A stretch of DNA of 64,000 bases, from contig CBDDBZ010000033.1 of NCBI GenBank assembly GCA_965225945.1, positions 247,533 to 311,532 on the forward strand. The letters run 5' to 3'. Numbering within the stretch: position 1 is the stretch's first letter; every line of letters starts with the position of its first letter. The translations under genes and the position numbers were made by a program. The stretch is from Alphaproteobacteria bacterium (GTDB lineage: Bacteria; Pseudomonadota; Alphaproteobacteria; GCA-2731375). The notes beneath the pieces are model-generated. The model was not told where the DNA came from, searched no databases, and saw nothing but the letters and a program-made list of their open reading frames with translations. This document shows, in pieces, positions 54,417 through 64,000 of the stretch.

Positions 54417-55078
54417 GGGTCCTCGGCATCGACGGCCATCATGGCGGCCAGCACCGCGAGGCGTTCGCCCGCCGGCAAGGCCTTGTAACGCCGGCCCCAG
54501 TTGGCCGCCTTACGCTTGATGCGCTGGCGGTCGGTGAAGTTCCGGCCTGCGTAGCTCGCCCAATGCACCCGGTCGGGCGCGAAGTTGAACCACACGACCT
54601 CGGTCCGCACCTGGGCCTGGGTCGTCACCTGCAGCGCCAGACTGCGCCAGCCCGCCAGCATCTCGTCATAGAGCGCCGAGGGATGGCCCGAGACCATCAC
54701 CTGGCAGGGCAGATCCTTGAGCAGGTCCAGGAGCGCGACATGGTCGACCTCCTCGTAGTCGAAGCGATAGCGCCGTGCCGAACGGCGGGTCGCGTGCAGA
54801 TAGGGGGGATCGCTGTAGACCAGCTCCGGGCCCAGAAACGGGAACGAGGCCAAAAAGGCATGGGCACAGCCATGCACCAACTCGACCGGGTAGTCACAGG
54901 CAAAGGCCTCGAGCGCCTGCGCATCGCGGTCGATGCCGATCGAGCGCACGCCCGTTGGCTTGCGCTTCATCAGCGCACCGCCCCCCAGGTGGCTCTCGAT
55001 GTAAACGCTGTGCGGCGGCATCAGCGCAATCAGCGCCTGGCACAGACCGCTCGTCGCCTTCGACCCAAAATATTCCAC
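54413..55078 (-). CDS. DNA adenine methyltransferase (Dam/D12-like)
   Basis: YFGSK motif X, YIESHLGGGA motif I, VYSDPPY motif IV, TEVVWFNF; stop overlaps the tnpC GTG. Confidence 0.85.
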   Translation of the reverse strand: MEYFGSKATSGLCQALIALMPPHSVYIESHLGGGALMKRKPTGVRSIGIDRDAQALEAFACDYPVELVHGCAHAFLASFPFLGPELVYSDPPYLHATRRSARRYRFDYEEVDHVALLDLLKDLPCQVMVSGHPSALYDEMLAGWRSLALQVTTQAQVRTEVVWFNFAPDRVHWASYAGRNFTDRQRIKRKAANWGRRYKALPAGERLAVLAAMMAVDAEDP

Positions 55079-55258
55079 GCGCCGCTCCCGTCACACGAGA
55101 GCGCAACCCATAGACGCCCGATTCTATGGAGTCAAGAGACGATCAACGACGCGGCGGCGGAAACCCGGCCCCGGCGACCACCTACATCATCCTCTCGCGG
55201 TCAGGAGCGGGGTACCTGGGTAGTTACGAATATTTGGTGGTTTTTCTGGAGGTTCACA

Positions 55259-56206
55259 ATGCCACGCAACAAGGTTCAGTTCCAGAAGGGGCTCAGCGAG
55301 CCGCGTTTCCGTGAAATGTACGGCACCGAGGAGCAGTGCCGCGAGGCCCTGTTCCGCTGGCGTTGGCCGGAGGGCTTCTCCTGCCCCCGATGCGGCGCCA
55401 CGCGCCATTGCGAGATCGCCGGGCGCAAACTCTACCAATGCGCCGCCTGCCGTCATCAAGTCTCGCTGACCGCCGGCACGCTCTTCCACGCGACCAAGCT
55501 GGCGCTGACCCTGTGGTTTTCGGCGATCTATCACATGACCCAATCGAAGAAGGGGATCTCCTCCATCGAACTCGGCCGCCGGCTCGGCGTCACCCAGACC
55601 ACGGCCTGGAAGATCAAGCAGAAACTGATGCAATCCATGCTCGAGCGCGACGCCAAATTGCCGCTCACCGGGCGGGTGGAGATGGACGACGCCTACCTCG
55701 GCGGCCGCCGTTCCGGGGCCAAGCGCGGCCGGGGCGCGCCGGGCAAGACGCCGTTCGTCGCCGCCGTCCAGACCACGGCGGAGGGCCAGCCCGTGCGCAT
55801 CAAGCTGCGCCGCGTCAAGGGCTTCCGCAAGGCCGAAATCGCCAAGATGGCCAAGCGCGACCTGAGCCCCGGGACGAGCGTCTTCAGCGACGGGCTCAAC
55901 TGCTTCACCGCGGTCACCGCGCAAGGCTGCGCCCACCATCCGATACCCACCGGCTCCGGACCAGGGGCCGTCGCCGTGCCGGCCTTCAAATGGGTCAACA
56001 CCACCCTCGGCAATCTCAAGAACACCCTGCGTGGCACCTACCATGCGATCCGGCCCAAACACGTTCCGCGCTACCTGGCGGCGTTCCAATACCGATATAA
56101 CCGCCGCTACCGGCTCGCCGACATGATCGAGGCCCTCGGACGCGACGCCCTGCGCACGCCCCCCATGCCATATCGGCTCCTCAAATTGGCTGAGGTTGAT
56201 GCGTAA
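55259..56206 (+). CDS. IS1595 transposase
   Basis: MPRNKVQFQKG, CPRCG..C..C Zn ribbon, VEMDDAYLGG, SDG, YLAAFQYRYNRR; GGAGG SD upstream. Confidence 0.92.
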   Translation: MPRNKVQFQKGLSEPRFREMYGTEEQCREALFRWRWPEGFSCPRCGATRHCEIAGRKLYQCAACRHQVSLTAGTLFHATKLALTLWFSAIYHMTQSKKGISSIELGRRLGVTQTTAWKIKQKLMQSMLERDAKLPLTGRVEMDDAYLGGRRSGAKRGRGAPGKTPFVAAVQTTAEGQPVRIKLRRVKGFRKAEIAKMAKRDLSPGTSVFSDGLNCFTAVTAQGCAHHPIPTGSGPGAVAVPAFKWVNTTLGNLKNTLRGTYHAIRPKHVPRYLAAFQYRYNRRYRLADMIEALGRDALRTPPMPYRLLKLAEVDA

Positions 56207-56445
56207 TCAGGTTCTACTTTGATCGGTCAATGCGGCGCAAGAAAAGGGGTCATTCTGCTTTATTGGCCGCTGCGGCAGGCCTCTTCATGGCTCGTGTCGC
56301 CAGCGCCAGCGGAGGCGGAAAAGTAGAATGACCCCTTTTTCGGTACGGCGGCGGCGTCCTGAGTGGTGACCATCAGGCCGCGAAGTGGACGAGGCACCAC
56401 CGCGGATCGCCGCGCCACTGCCGGCCCGCGCGCTTGCGCAAAAAG

Positions 56446-56477
56446 ATCGCGGTAGGGACATGAGTTACCCCACGCCC
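56446..56477 (-). ncRNA. Orphan group II intron domain VI (3' tail of an older intron)
   Basis: Minus strand GGGCGTGGGGTAACTCATGTCCCTACCGCGAT: a hairpin with a bulged A and an AY end, paralogous to the adjacent DVI. Confidence 0.6.
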
Positions 56478-57138
56478 TTCGCCGTAGGGACGCGGGTTAC
56501 CCCGCGCCCCCGGCACAAAACCCGGCGTGCGGAACTACCGCACCGGGCTTCCACCTCGGATGTTTGACGGCAAAGCAACTTGCCGTACACGCTCCAGCCC
56601 CTGGGTCACGCTTACCCGGCTCGGTGTCCGGTACGTATCGGGTTGAACCATGTTCTCCTCGGCGCCTCCCCTTGGCTCCACCAGCTCCGCCGTCGATTGT
56701 TCGACTTTGTTCGCCGGCTTCACGGCTACTATGGGAGGCTCAGACTTCTGGCGGCCGTTCATCGCCGGCGACGCCCCCTCGGGGCTTCCCAGCACGACCC
56801 GAGCCCACCAAGCGGTCTCGGGTAGCCACCAGATCTCCCGGTTCCCTGACAAAGTGCGTATGCGCATGCCTGGGGTCTTGGACCACGCCGGGCCGGCAAA
56901 CCGCTCGCGCTAACGCGGTGCGCCATGTTGTCTTCCCCATAACGGGAGAGGGTCGACACCCGGGACGACAGCTGTTTCACGGCTCGATATCCCAGCCTGC
57001 GCACACCCCTACCGACGCTTCGCCGACACCCTCGCGGATGCCAACGCACGGCTCGGAGGCCGATGTGGTTCGCTACTCCTTCATGCGCACCCCCCGCGGT
57101 TACGGTAGGAATGCGCTTGCACCTCCAACACCTTGCCG
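56478..57138 (-). ncRNA. ORF-less (internally deleted) group II intron, 5' end interrupted
   Basis: DV GAAGCCCGGTGCGGTAGTTCCGCACGCCGGGTT and DVI; domain I similar to the intron at 59207. RT relic RTPSRVSVTQGLERVRQ is joined directly to the 3' end. Confidence 0.8.
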
Positions 57139-57326
57139 GTTACGGTAGGAATGCGCATTGCTGCGCACCCCCCGCGGTTACGGTAGGAATGCGCATTGCT
57201 GCGCACCCCCCGCGGTTACGGTAGGAATGCGCATTGCTGCGCACCCCCCGCGGTTACGGTAGGAATGCGCATTGCCGCACCCCCCGCGGTTACGGTAGGA
57301 ATGCGCATTGCTGCGCACCCCCCGCG
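57139..57326 (-). repeat. Five tandem copies (38,38,38,36,38 nt) of the intron domain VI tail, plus a partial copy at 57085-57116
   Basis: Unit gttacggtaggaatgcgcattgctgcgcaccccccgcg starts at 57139, 57177, 57215, 57253 and 57289. Confidence 0.93.
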
Positions 57327-59207
57327 CAGATCCGGACGTGGTCGTTGAACCATCCGGCTCCTACCTCGGGTGCTTGACGGCAAACCGCTGGTCCGGCCAT
57401 GGGTGGCGGATGGAGGCGCGTGGCCACAGGATTTCGGTCATGCGCTCCAGTCGCTTCCAACTAAATCGGGCTCGCTGGGACCGGCGGCGTAGCGCCCGCA
57501 TCCACCGGCGTTGCAGCCTGCGGAGGAACGCACGGATGAACCGGCCTGACCCTGGGACGGCAAAGTAGTTGAGCCAGCCATTGCAGACTCGCCCCAGCCA
57601 CCTACCAACTTCCCAGATGTCGTGGTGCCAGCGCTTGCGGAGCACCTCGTCGATGCGCGCCAGGGTCCTGTTGACCCGTTTGGCGACCGGTTTGCGACCA
57701 AGCCGAAAGCGTCCTCTCAGGGTCGTCGTGCAATAGTGCGTGAGGCCCAGAAAGTCGAAAGTCTCCGGCTTGCCCACCCCGCGCTGGCGCCGGTTCAAAT
57801 CCGCGAACCGGCCAAACTCCACGAGGCGGGTCTTGTCCTGGTGGAGGCTGAGACCGAACCGGGCCAGCCTCTCCCGAACGTCGCGGAGGTACCGCTCCGC
57901 ATCCCGCTTGTGTTGGAACCCGACAACGATATCGTCAGCGTAACGGACGATGATCGCTTCGCCATCCGGGACGTTCGGGCGCCATTTCTTGTGGAACCAC
58001 AAGTCGAGCACGTAATGCAGGAACACGTTCGCCAAGACGGGGGAGACTATTGCCCCCTGCGGCGTGCCCATACCCGTATCTGCCCATGACCCACTCTCTA
58101 TGACGCCGGCGTTCAGCCATTTCCAGATCAGACGGATGACCCGCCTGTCTCCGATGCGGTGCTCTAGGAACCTGATCAACCAATCCCGCGGGATCGTGTC
58201 GAAGTACGCCCGGAGGTCTGCATCGACTATCCAGCTGACCTTGCGCCGTTTTATCCCGAAGGCCAGGGCATCGAGCGCATCGTGCGCCCCCCGCCCCGGT
58301 CGGAACCCGTAGCTGAAGCCAAGAAACACCACCTCGTAGATCGGTGTCAGGATCACATCCACAACCGCCTTCTGGACGACCTTGTCCTCCAGCGCCGCGA
58401 TCCCGAGCGGTCGTGTCCCCCCGTCCGGCTTGGGTATCTCTACCCGCCGAACCGGCGGCGCCCGGTACGCTCCCCCTCTGTGCAGGCGCCGGTGCAGGTC
58501 GAGCAGGCGCTCATCCAGACCCTCGCCGTACATGTCCCACGTAACGCCGTCGACACCGGCTGCTGCGTCCTTCTTCAATGCGAAGTAGGCCGCACCGAGC
58601 GCGTCCGGCGTAATGTGGTGGAAGAGCGCAGTGAGACCTTCCTTCGGGTTTCTCTCTGCAGCTTTCCGTATCCGGGCCGCCGCCTGTGGCACGCTTACCC
58701 GACACTGGGTTCGGCGCGTGCTTTGGCAATCCGGATTCCCCTTGGTTGAGGCCCTTTCCTCCGGCGACTCCGCAGAAGCTCGCGCTCCCTTGTTCGCCGC
58801 CCTCACAGGTCGTACGGCCTCATCCGACTTCTTCAAACCGTTCATCATAGGCTTCGGTTTTCTCCATTCCCTACGCGGCCCCTTTACGACAACCGGGGCA
58901 GTTTGAAGACCTCCCAGGGTCCCAACAGAAGGCGTGCGAACGTGCATGGGTTCTCTGACACCGCGGGGCTCGCCGACATCTCACCAAAACGACGCCTGCG
59001 ATATTGCCTTCGACCGATCTGAAAGCCTCGGCACCCCGGACCATCGCTTTTACGGTGCTCAATAGCCCTGCCCATCCATGCCGCTACCGACGCTTCGCCT
59101 GCCCCCTCACGGGAGCCAACGCACGGCTCGCGGAGAAACGTGGTTCGGTTACTCCTTCGTTCCGGGGGACTTGCACCCCCTACCTTCTGCCAGTTCGCCT
59201 GGCGCAC
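57289..59207 (-). mobile_element. Complete group II intron (bacterial class E-like, no En domain)
   Basis: 5' GTGCG at 59207; DV GAGCCGGATGGTTCAACGACCACGTCCGGATCT; DVI ending in AAC at 57289. Confidence 0.88.
57361..58947 (-). CDS. ltrA: Group II intron reverse transcriptase/maturase (true start probably further downstream)
   Basis: AAGVDG, IPKPDG..RPLGI, SYGFRPGR, GTPQG..SP.LAN, RYADD, FDFLG. Confidence 0.93.
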   Translation of the reverse strand: MHVRTPSVGTLGGLQTAPVVVKGPRREWRKPKPMMNGLKKSDEAVRPVRAANKGARASAESPEERASTKGNPDCQSTRRTQCRVSVPQAAARIRKAAERNPKEGLTALFHHITPDALGAAYFALKKDAAAGVDGVTWDMYGEGLDERLLDLHRRLHRGGAYRAPPVRRVEIPKPDGGTRPLGIAALEDKVVQKAVVDVILTPIYEVVFLGFSYGFRPGRGAHDALDALAFGIKRRKVSWIVDADLRAYFDTIPRDWLIRFLEHRIGDRRVIRLIWKWLNAGVIESGSWADTGMGTPQGAIVSPVLANVFLHYVLDLWFHKKWRPNVPDGEAIIVRYADDIVVGFQHKRDAERYLRDVRERLARFGLSLHQDKTRLVEFGRFADLNRRQRGVGKPETFDFLGLTHYCTTTLRGRFRLGRKPVAKRVNRTLARIDEVLRKRWHHDIWEVGRWLGRVCNGWLNYFAVPGSGRFIRAFLRRLQRRWMRALRRRSQRARFSWKRLERMTEILWPRASIRHPWPDQRFAVKHPR

Positions 59208-60243
59208 CAGATCCGGACGTGGTCGTTGAACCATCCGGCTCCTACCTCGGGTGCTTGACGGCAAACCGCTGGTCCGGCCATGGGTGGCGGATGGAGGCGC
59301 GTGGCCACAGGATTTCGGTCATGCGCTCCAGTCGCTTCCAACTAAATCGGGCTCGCTGGGACCGGCGGCGTAGCGCCCGCATCCACCGGCGTTGCAGCCT
59401 GCGGAGGAACGCACGGATGAACCGGCCTGACCCTGGGACGGCAAAGTAGTTGAGCCAGCCATTGCAGACTCGCCCCAGCCACCTACCAACTTCCCAGATG
59501 TCGTGGTGCCAGCGCTTGCGGAGCACCTCGTCGATGCGCGCCAGGGTCCTGTTGACCCGTTTGGCGACCGGTTTGCGACCAAGCCGAAAGCGTCCTCTCA
59601 GGGTCGTCGTGCAATAGTGCGTGAGGCCCAGAAAGTCGAAAGTCTCCGGCTTGCCCACCCCGCGCTGGCGCCGGTTCAAATCCGCGAACCGGCCAAACTC
59701 CACGAGGCGGGTCTTGTCCTGGTGGAGGCTGAGACCGAACCGGGCCAGCCTCTCCCGAACGTCGCGGAGGTACCGCTCCGCATCCCGCTTGTGTTGGAAC
59801 CCGACAACGATATCGTCAGCGTAACGGACGATGATCGCTTCGCCATCCGGGACGTTCGGGCGCCATTTCTTGTGGAACCACAAGTCGAGCACGTAATGCA
59901 GGAACACGTTCGCCAAGACGCGGGAGACTATTGCCCCCTGCGGCGTGCCCATACCCGTATCTGCCCATGACCCACTCTCTATGACGCCGGCGTTCAGCCA
60001 TTTCCAGATCAGACGGATGACCCGCCTGTCTCCGATGCGGTGCTCTAGGAACCTGATCAACCAATCCGCGGGATCGTGTCGAAGTACGCCCGGAGGTCTG
60101 CATCGACTATCCAGCTGACCTTGCGCCGTTCTATCCCGAAGGCCAGGGCATCGAGCGCATCGTGCGCCCCCCGCCCCGGTCGGAACCCGTAGCTGAAGCC
60201 AAGAAACACCACCTCGTAGATCGGTGTCAGGATCACATCCACA
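59208..60243 (-). pseudogene. ltrA: Second near-identical intron copy: lacks DVI, 5' part cut by IS256, RT frameshifted near 60066
   Basis: Near-identical to 57327-58363; ends exactly at ...CCGGATCTG, where the complete copy begins. Confidence 0.9.
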
Positions 60244-61290
60244 GATTGAGCAACCTGATGTGTGGAAATTCGGAACGCCGTTGATCAGTCATCCTCTGCT
60301 TTCCAAGTGATGTAGGGTTTTTCGGTGGTTTCCCATTTCTCGTCGATTTCGACGAGGATGGCGGTGACCAGACGTTCGAGCGAGGCCTCGTTGGGAAAGA
60401 CCCTGACCTTTACGGTGCGGCGCTTGATCTCCTGCTGGATGGATCGCTCCATGGGGTTCGAGGTTCGCATGCGCTTTTGGTGGCGCTCGGGCAGGGCGAA
60501 GACGGCGAGGCCCTCGGGGATCGCCGTCTCCAGCCAATCGGCGAGCTTGGGGGCGCTGTCGCGGTAGGCCGCCACCAGATGGCCCAGCTCGGCCTCGGCG
60601 GCCTTGCCGTCGGCGGCGTTCCAGACCCGGCGCAGCTCCTTGCCGATGGCCTTTCGGATGGCGAGGTTGGGGGCGTGATGGATGGCGTTTTGAGCCAGAT
60701 GGTACTGACAGCGCTGCCAGACGGCGCCGCCGAGGACGGCCTTGCGCGCGGCGCCGAGGCCTGGATGATCATCGGAAACGATATAGGCGACACCGCGCAT
60801 GCCACCGGCAACCAGGGTCTCCAGGAAGGCGCGCCAGTGCACTTCGGCCTCGGAGAGCGCACAGGAAACACCGAGCACCCGGCGGCGCTGGTCGGGGCCG
60901 ATGCCGATCACCGAGAGCACGGCGGCGTCGCGCACCACGCCACCCTCTCGGACTTTCTCATAGCGCGCGTCGAGGAGCAGGTAGCGGATCTCGCCCAGCG
61001 GCCGGTTGCGCCAGGCATCCAGCTCCCCATCCAAGAGCTTGGCGGCGCGGCTGACCTGGCTCGACGACAGGCTCTCCAGGCCGAACTCGCGCATCACCGC
61101 CTCGGCGTCACGGGTGGAGACGCCTTTGATATACATCTCCGCCACGGCCAGCATGACAGCGCGGCAGGAGCGCCGTCCGCGCTCCAGGGCTTGGGGGTAA
61201 AAAGGCGCCTCATGACCGGCGGTCTTGGGAACCTCGAGCCTCACCGTACCGGCCGGGGTGTCGATCTTCTTGGGTCTGGTGCCGTTGGCG
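60244..61290 (-). mobile_element. IS256-family element, 5'-truncated by IS21 (transposase 60285-61290)
   Basis: MYIKGVSTR, LLDARYEKVR, VSDDHPG, WQRCQYH, RTSNPMER, RVFPNE. Confidence 0.9.
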
Positions 61291-61494
61291 TGTCAATCGG
61301 CGTTGAACATTGACCCCCTATCGGCGTGCAATGTTGACCCCTTTGGGGATGCACGGCGGAGGTCGTACAGGTAGTCCATAGGAGGGGCCCGCGCGCGGGC
61401 CGACGCGCCCACCACGCGGCTGGCGGCGGACCGCGCGTGGGAGGTTCCTGTGGGCCCCACCTGGGCGACCGGGCGGCAGGTGGATCGGTTGCCT

Positions 61495-62228
61495 TTAGGA
61501 CCCGATTCTTGAAGCGCCAGGAGTCGTTTCCGGTCTCGATGATCTCCGCAGTGGTGCGTCAGACGATCGAGGAGCGCGGTGGTCATCTTGGCGTCGCCGA
61601 AGACGGACGGCCATTCGCCGAAGGTCAGGTTGGTGGTGACGATGATCCGAGGTGCGCTCGTAGAGCCGGCTGACGAGGTGGAACAGCAGCTGGCCTCCGG
61701 TTTGGGCGAAGGGCAGGTAGCCGAGCTCGTCGAGGATGACGAGGTCGCGCGGGGCCAGCTGATCGGCGAGCCGGCCCTGGCGGCCGGCGCGGGCTTCGGC
61801 CTCGAGCCGGTTGACCAGGTCGACGACGTTGAAGAAGCGGCCCCGGGCGCCATCGCGGATGCAGGCCCGCGCGATGGTGACGGCGAGATGGCTCTTGCCG
61901 GTGCCGGTGCCGCCGATCAGCACGGCGTTGCGCTGGTTGGCCAGGAAAGCCGCCGACCGCCAACTCGCGGACCAGCGGCTCGTTGACCGGGGTGTCGGTG
62001 AAGTCGAAGTCGGCCAGCTCCTTGGCCAGCGGCAGCTTGGCGCCACTCATCTGGTACTTGATGGATCGCGCCTGCTTGTCGGCGATCTCGGCCTTCAACA
62101 GCTCGCCGATGATTCGCTGCATCGGGATGCTGGCGCTTGAGGCCGTCGGCGAGCACCTCGTCGAACGCGTCGCGCATGCCGGCGAGCTTGAGTGCGGCCA
62201 TCATCTCCAGGACCTCATGGCGCTCCAT
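61495..62228 (-). pseudogene. istB: IS21 helper ATPase, several frameshifts
   Basis: [39 protein letters not shown] distributed over different frames. Confidence 0.85.
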
Positions 62229-63745
62229 GGCCGACCCCCCTCAAGCGGTCGTAGCGGGTGCAATCGGCCACCGGGCTCAAAGCGAAGACGCAGGTTCGCG
62301 GGCGGTCGGGATCGGCGCCGTCTCGGACGGCTGGCGCCGACGATTGAGGATGTTGAGCACGACGTCGGCGCTGCACACGCCGCCAGCGAGCGCCTCGGCA
62401 CAGGCGGCCTCCACCGCCGCCAGCCCATCCGCCAGCACGGCGGTGAGGATCTCGACCATCTGCCTGTCGCCGTCGTCGTGGCCGGCGAGCCGGACGCGCA
62501 CGCGACCCAGGGCGCCGGGCAGCGCCCAGTCCTTGAACGGGCGCGCCGTTACGAAGCGCACCGGGCTTCCTCGCCAGCACGGGCACGTAGTGCCACGGGT
62601 CATAGACGGTCTGGTCGCGGCCTGAAGCGCCGGGCATGCTCGGCGACGATCTCGCCGTCCTGGCGGATGACGATGCGATCGGCGTAGGCATGGACCTCGA
62701 CCGGACGGCCGACGGCGCGCGCCGCCCACGCTGTACTTGTTGCTGTCGAAGCGCACCAGGCAGGTCTTCGACACCGACGCCGGGACCGCGTGGAAGCCGT
62801 CGAACGGCCCGCGATAGCCGACCAGGGACGGACGCTCGTCCTCGAACACCTGCCAGACAGTCCTGTCCTTGAACACCGGAGTGGGGATGACGCCGGGCGT
62901 AGGCGACGCACTGGTCCAAGAGCCAGGCGTTGAGCTCGTCGTAGGTCTTGAAGCGCAGCCGCGGGGTGAAGAACCGACCGCGGATGATCCCGACCTGGTT
63001 CTCGACCTGCCCTTCTCCCCATCCCGCTCCCGGGCGTGCATGCTGTCGGTTCGACCAGGTAGTGGCCACACATCTGCACGAAGCGCCGGTTGAACGCGCG
63101 CTCCTTGCCGATGAGGACGGTCTGCACCGCCGTCTTCATGTTGTCGTAGATGCCTCGCCGGCAGGCACCCTGGAACAGCCGGAATGCCCGGTCGTGGGCG
63201 TCGAACACCATCTCCTGGCTCTCGCGCGGATAAGCGCGGACGAAGAACATTCGGCTGTGGCACAGCCGGACGTGCGCGACCTTGACCTTGGTCGTCACCC
63301 CGCCAGCACCACGTACTCGTGGCTCCAGTCGAACTGATAGGCCTCGCCCGGCGAGAACACCAACGGCACATAGGTCTGGCGCCGTCGATGCCGAACGGCG
63401 CCACCGCCACGCCTTGGCGTAGCGCCGCACCGCGTCGTAGCCGCCGCCATAGCCCAGACCCTCGAGGGCTTCGGAGATCCGTAGCAGCGTCAGCAGCTCC
63501 CGCTTCGACTTGGTCTCGTTGGCCTCCAGCATCCGCTCCAGCTCGACCGTCCACGGCCCCAGCTTCGGCATCGGCTGGACCCGCCGGTCGTAGGTGAACG
63601 CCGTCGCCTGCGAACGGATCACCTTGCGCACCGTGTTGCCCGAGACCTTCACGTCCCGCACGATCTCCTTGATCGGCTTCCCCTTGACGAAATACTCCCG
63701 CCGGATCCGCGCTATCGTCTCCACGACCGTCTCCACGACCAACAT
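62215..63745 (-). pseudogene. istA: IS21 transposase, several frameshifts
   Basis: ETIARIRR, YDNMKTAV, GQVENQV, VRFDSNKYS, KPGALRNGAP across frames. Confidence 0.85.
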
Positions 63746-63859
63746 CCCCCACCACCTCGTCCGCCAAAAACGAGGTGACTTGGACTAGCCAGGCTCAGGG
63801 GGTCAAATTTGGACGCCGATCACCCCTCAACAGGGGTCAACTTTGCACGCCGTTCCACA

Positions 63860-64000
63860 CCCCGGAACGGCGGCCGCCCGAGGTAGGCATCGTCCATCTC
63901 CACCCGCCCGGTGAGCGGCAATTTGGCATCGCGCTCGAGCATGGACTGCATCAGTTTCTGCTTGATCTTCCAGGCCGTGGTCTGGGTGACGCCGAGCCGG
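63860..64000 (-). pseudogene. Partial second copy of the IS1595 transposase
   Basis: Reverse complement of about 55578-55718 with a few substitutions. Confidence 0.88.

Larger units (their letters stand above)
52797..55227 (-). mobile_element. IS66-family element lacking tnpA/tnpB (ISBst12-like) and carrying a DNA methyltransferase; 8-bp target duplication GAATATTT
   Basis: IRs gtaactacccaggt / acctgggtagttac; GAATATTT at 52789-52796 and 55228-55235. Confidence 0.92.
52743..56211 (+). mobile_element. IS1595-family element with 8-bp target duplication TTCTACTT, interrupted by IS66
   Basis: IRs cctgattacgca / tgcgtaatcagg; TTCTACTT at 52735-52742 and 56212-56219. Confidence 0.92.
52623..56445. 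repeat. 106-bp direct repeat (52623-52728 and 56340-56445, four transitions) bracketing the IS1595 block
   Basis: tcg(a/g)tacggcggcggcgtcctgagtgg...cttgcgcaaaaag at both sites. Confidence 0.9.
61291..63859 (-). mobile_element. IS21-family element without target duplication
   Basis: TGT...ACA ends with repeated ttgacccc / ggggtcaa subterminal motifs; contains istA and istB. Confidence 0.88.

Noticed and set aside
54326-56206. 626-aa extended IS1595 transposase
   Set aside because: The extension is read-through antisense to the MTase within IS66; the real start is ATG 55259 with a GGAGG SD.
57085-57326. CRISPR-like 36-38 bp repeats beside an RT (RT-Cas, DGR or retron)
   Set aside because: No spacers, Cas1 or TR/VR pair; the unit is intron domain VI and the RT lies within a full group II ribozyme.
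61495-63745. Programmed frameshifting in istA/istB
   Set aside because: Many scattered single-base indels without slippery motifs; decay or sequencing error is more likely.

Overview
GC-rich alphaproteobacterial (Rhodospirillales-like) chromosomal window. The core genes are mfd, NDUFA12, DUF2155, aat, tcuA, sthA, NDUFS4, three tRNAs, a TPP riboswitch with thiBPQ, and a TRAP/BVMO/TauD catabolic cluster. They are interleaved with two heavily rearranged accessory zones. At 3.7-25.6 kb lies a decaying signalling region whose genes are broken by two IS630s, an IS5 relic, short templated duplications, and a composite of two 757-bp MITE-like elements with a 6-bp target duplication. At 52.6-64 kb lies a nest of mobile elements: an IS66 carrying a DNA adenine methyltransferase sits inside an IS1595, followed by group II introns, IS256 and IS21. 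The strongest novel signal is a group II intron that appears to home into its own domain V/VI junction. Its putative EBS1 (CAGAUC) is complementary to that site, one copy sits precisely inside another, and five tandem 36-38 nt domain-VI tails appear to record repeated self-nesting. Other candidates are a 20-bp x25 stop-free tandem array at the start of a lipoprotein gene and a MotA/ExbB-type three-gene motor-like operon with a non-canonical partner. All calls come from reading the sequence by eye; no searches were run, and several single-base indels may be sequencing errors.
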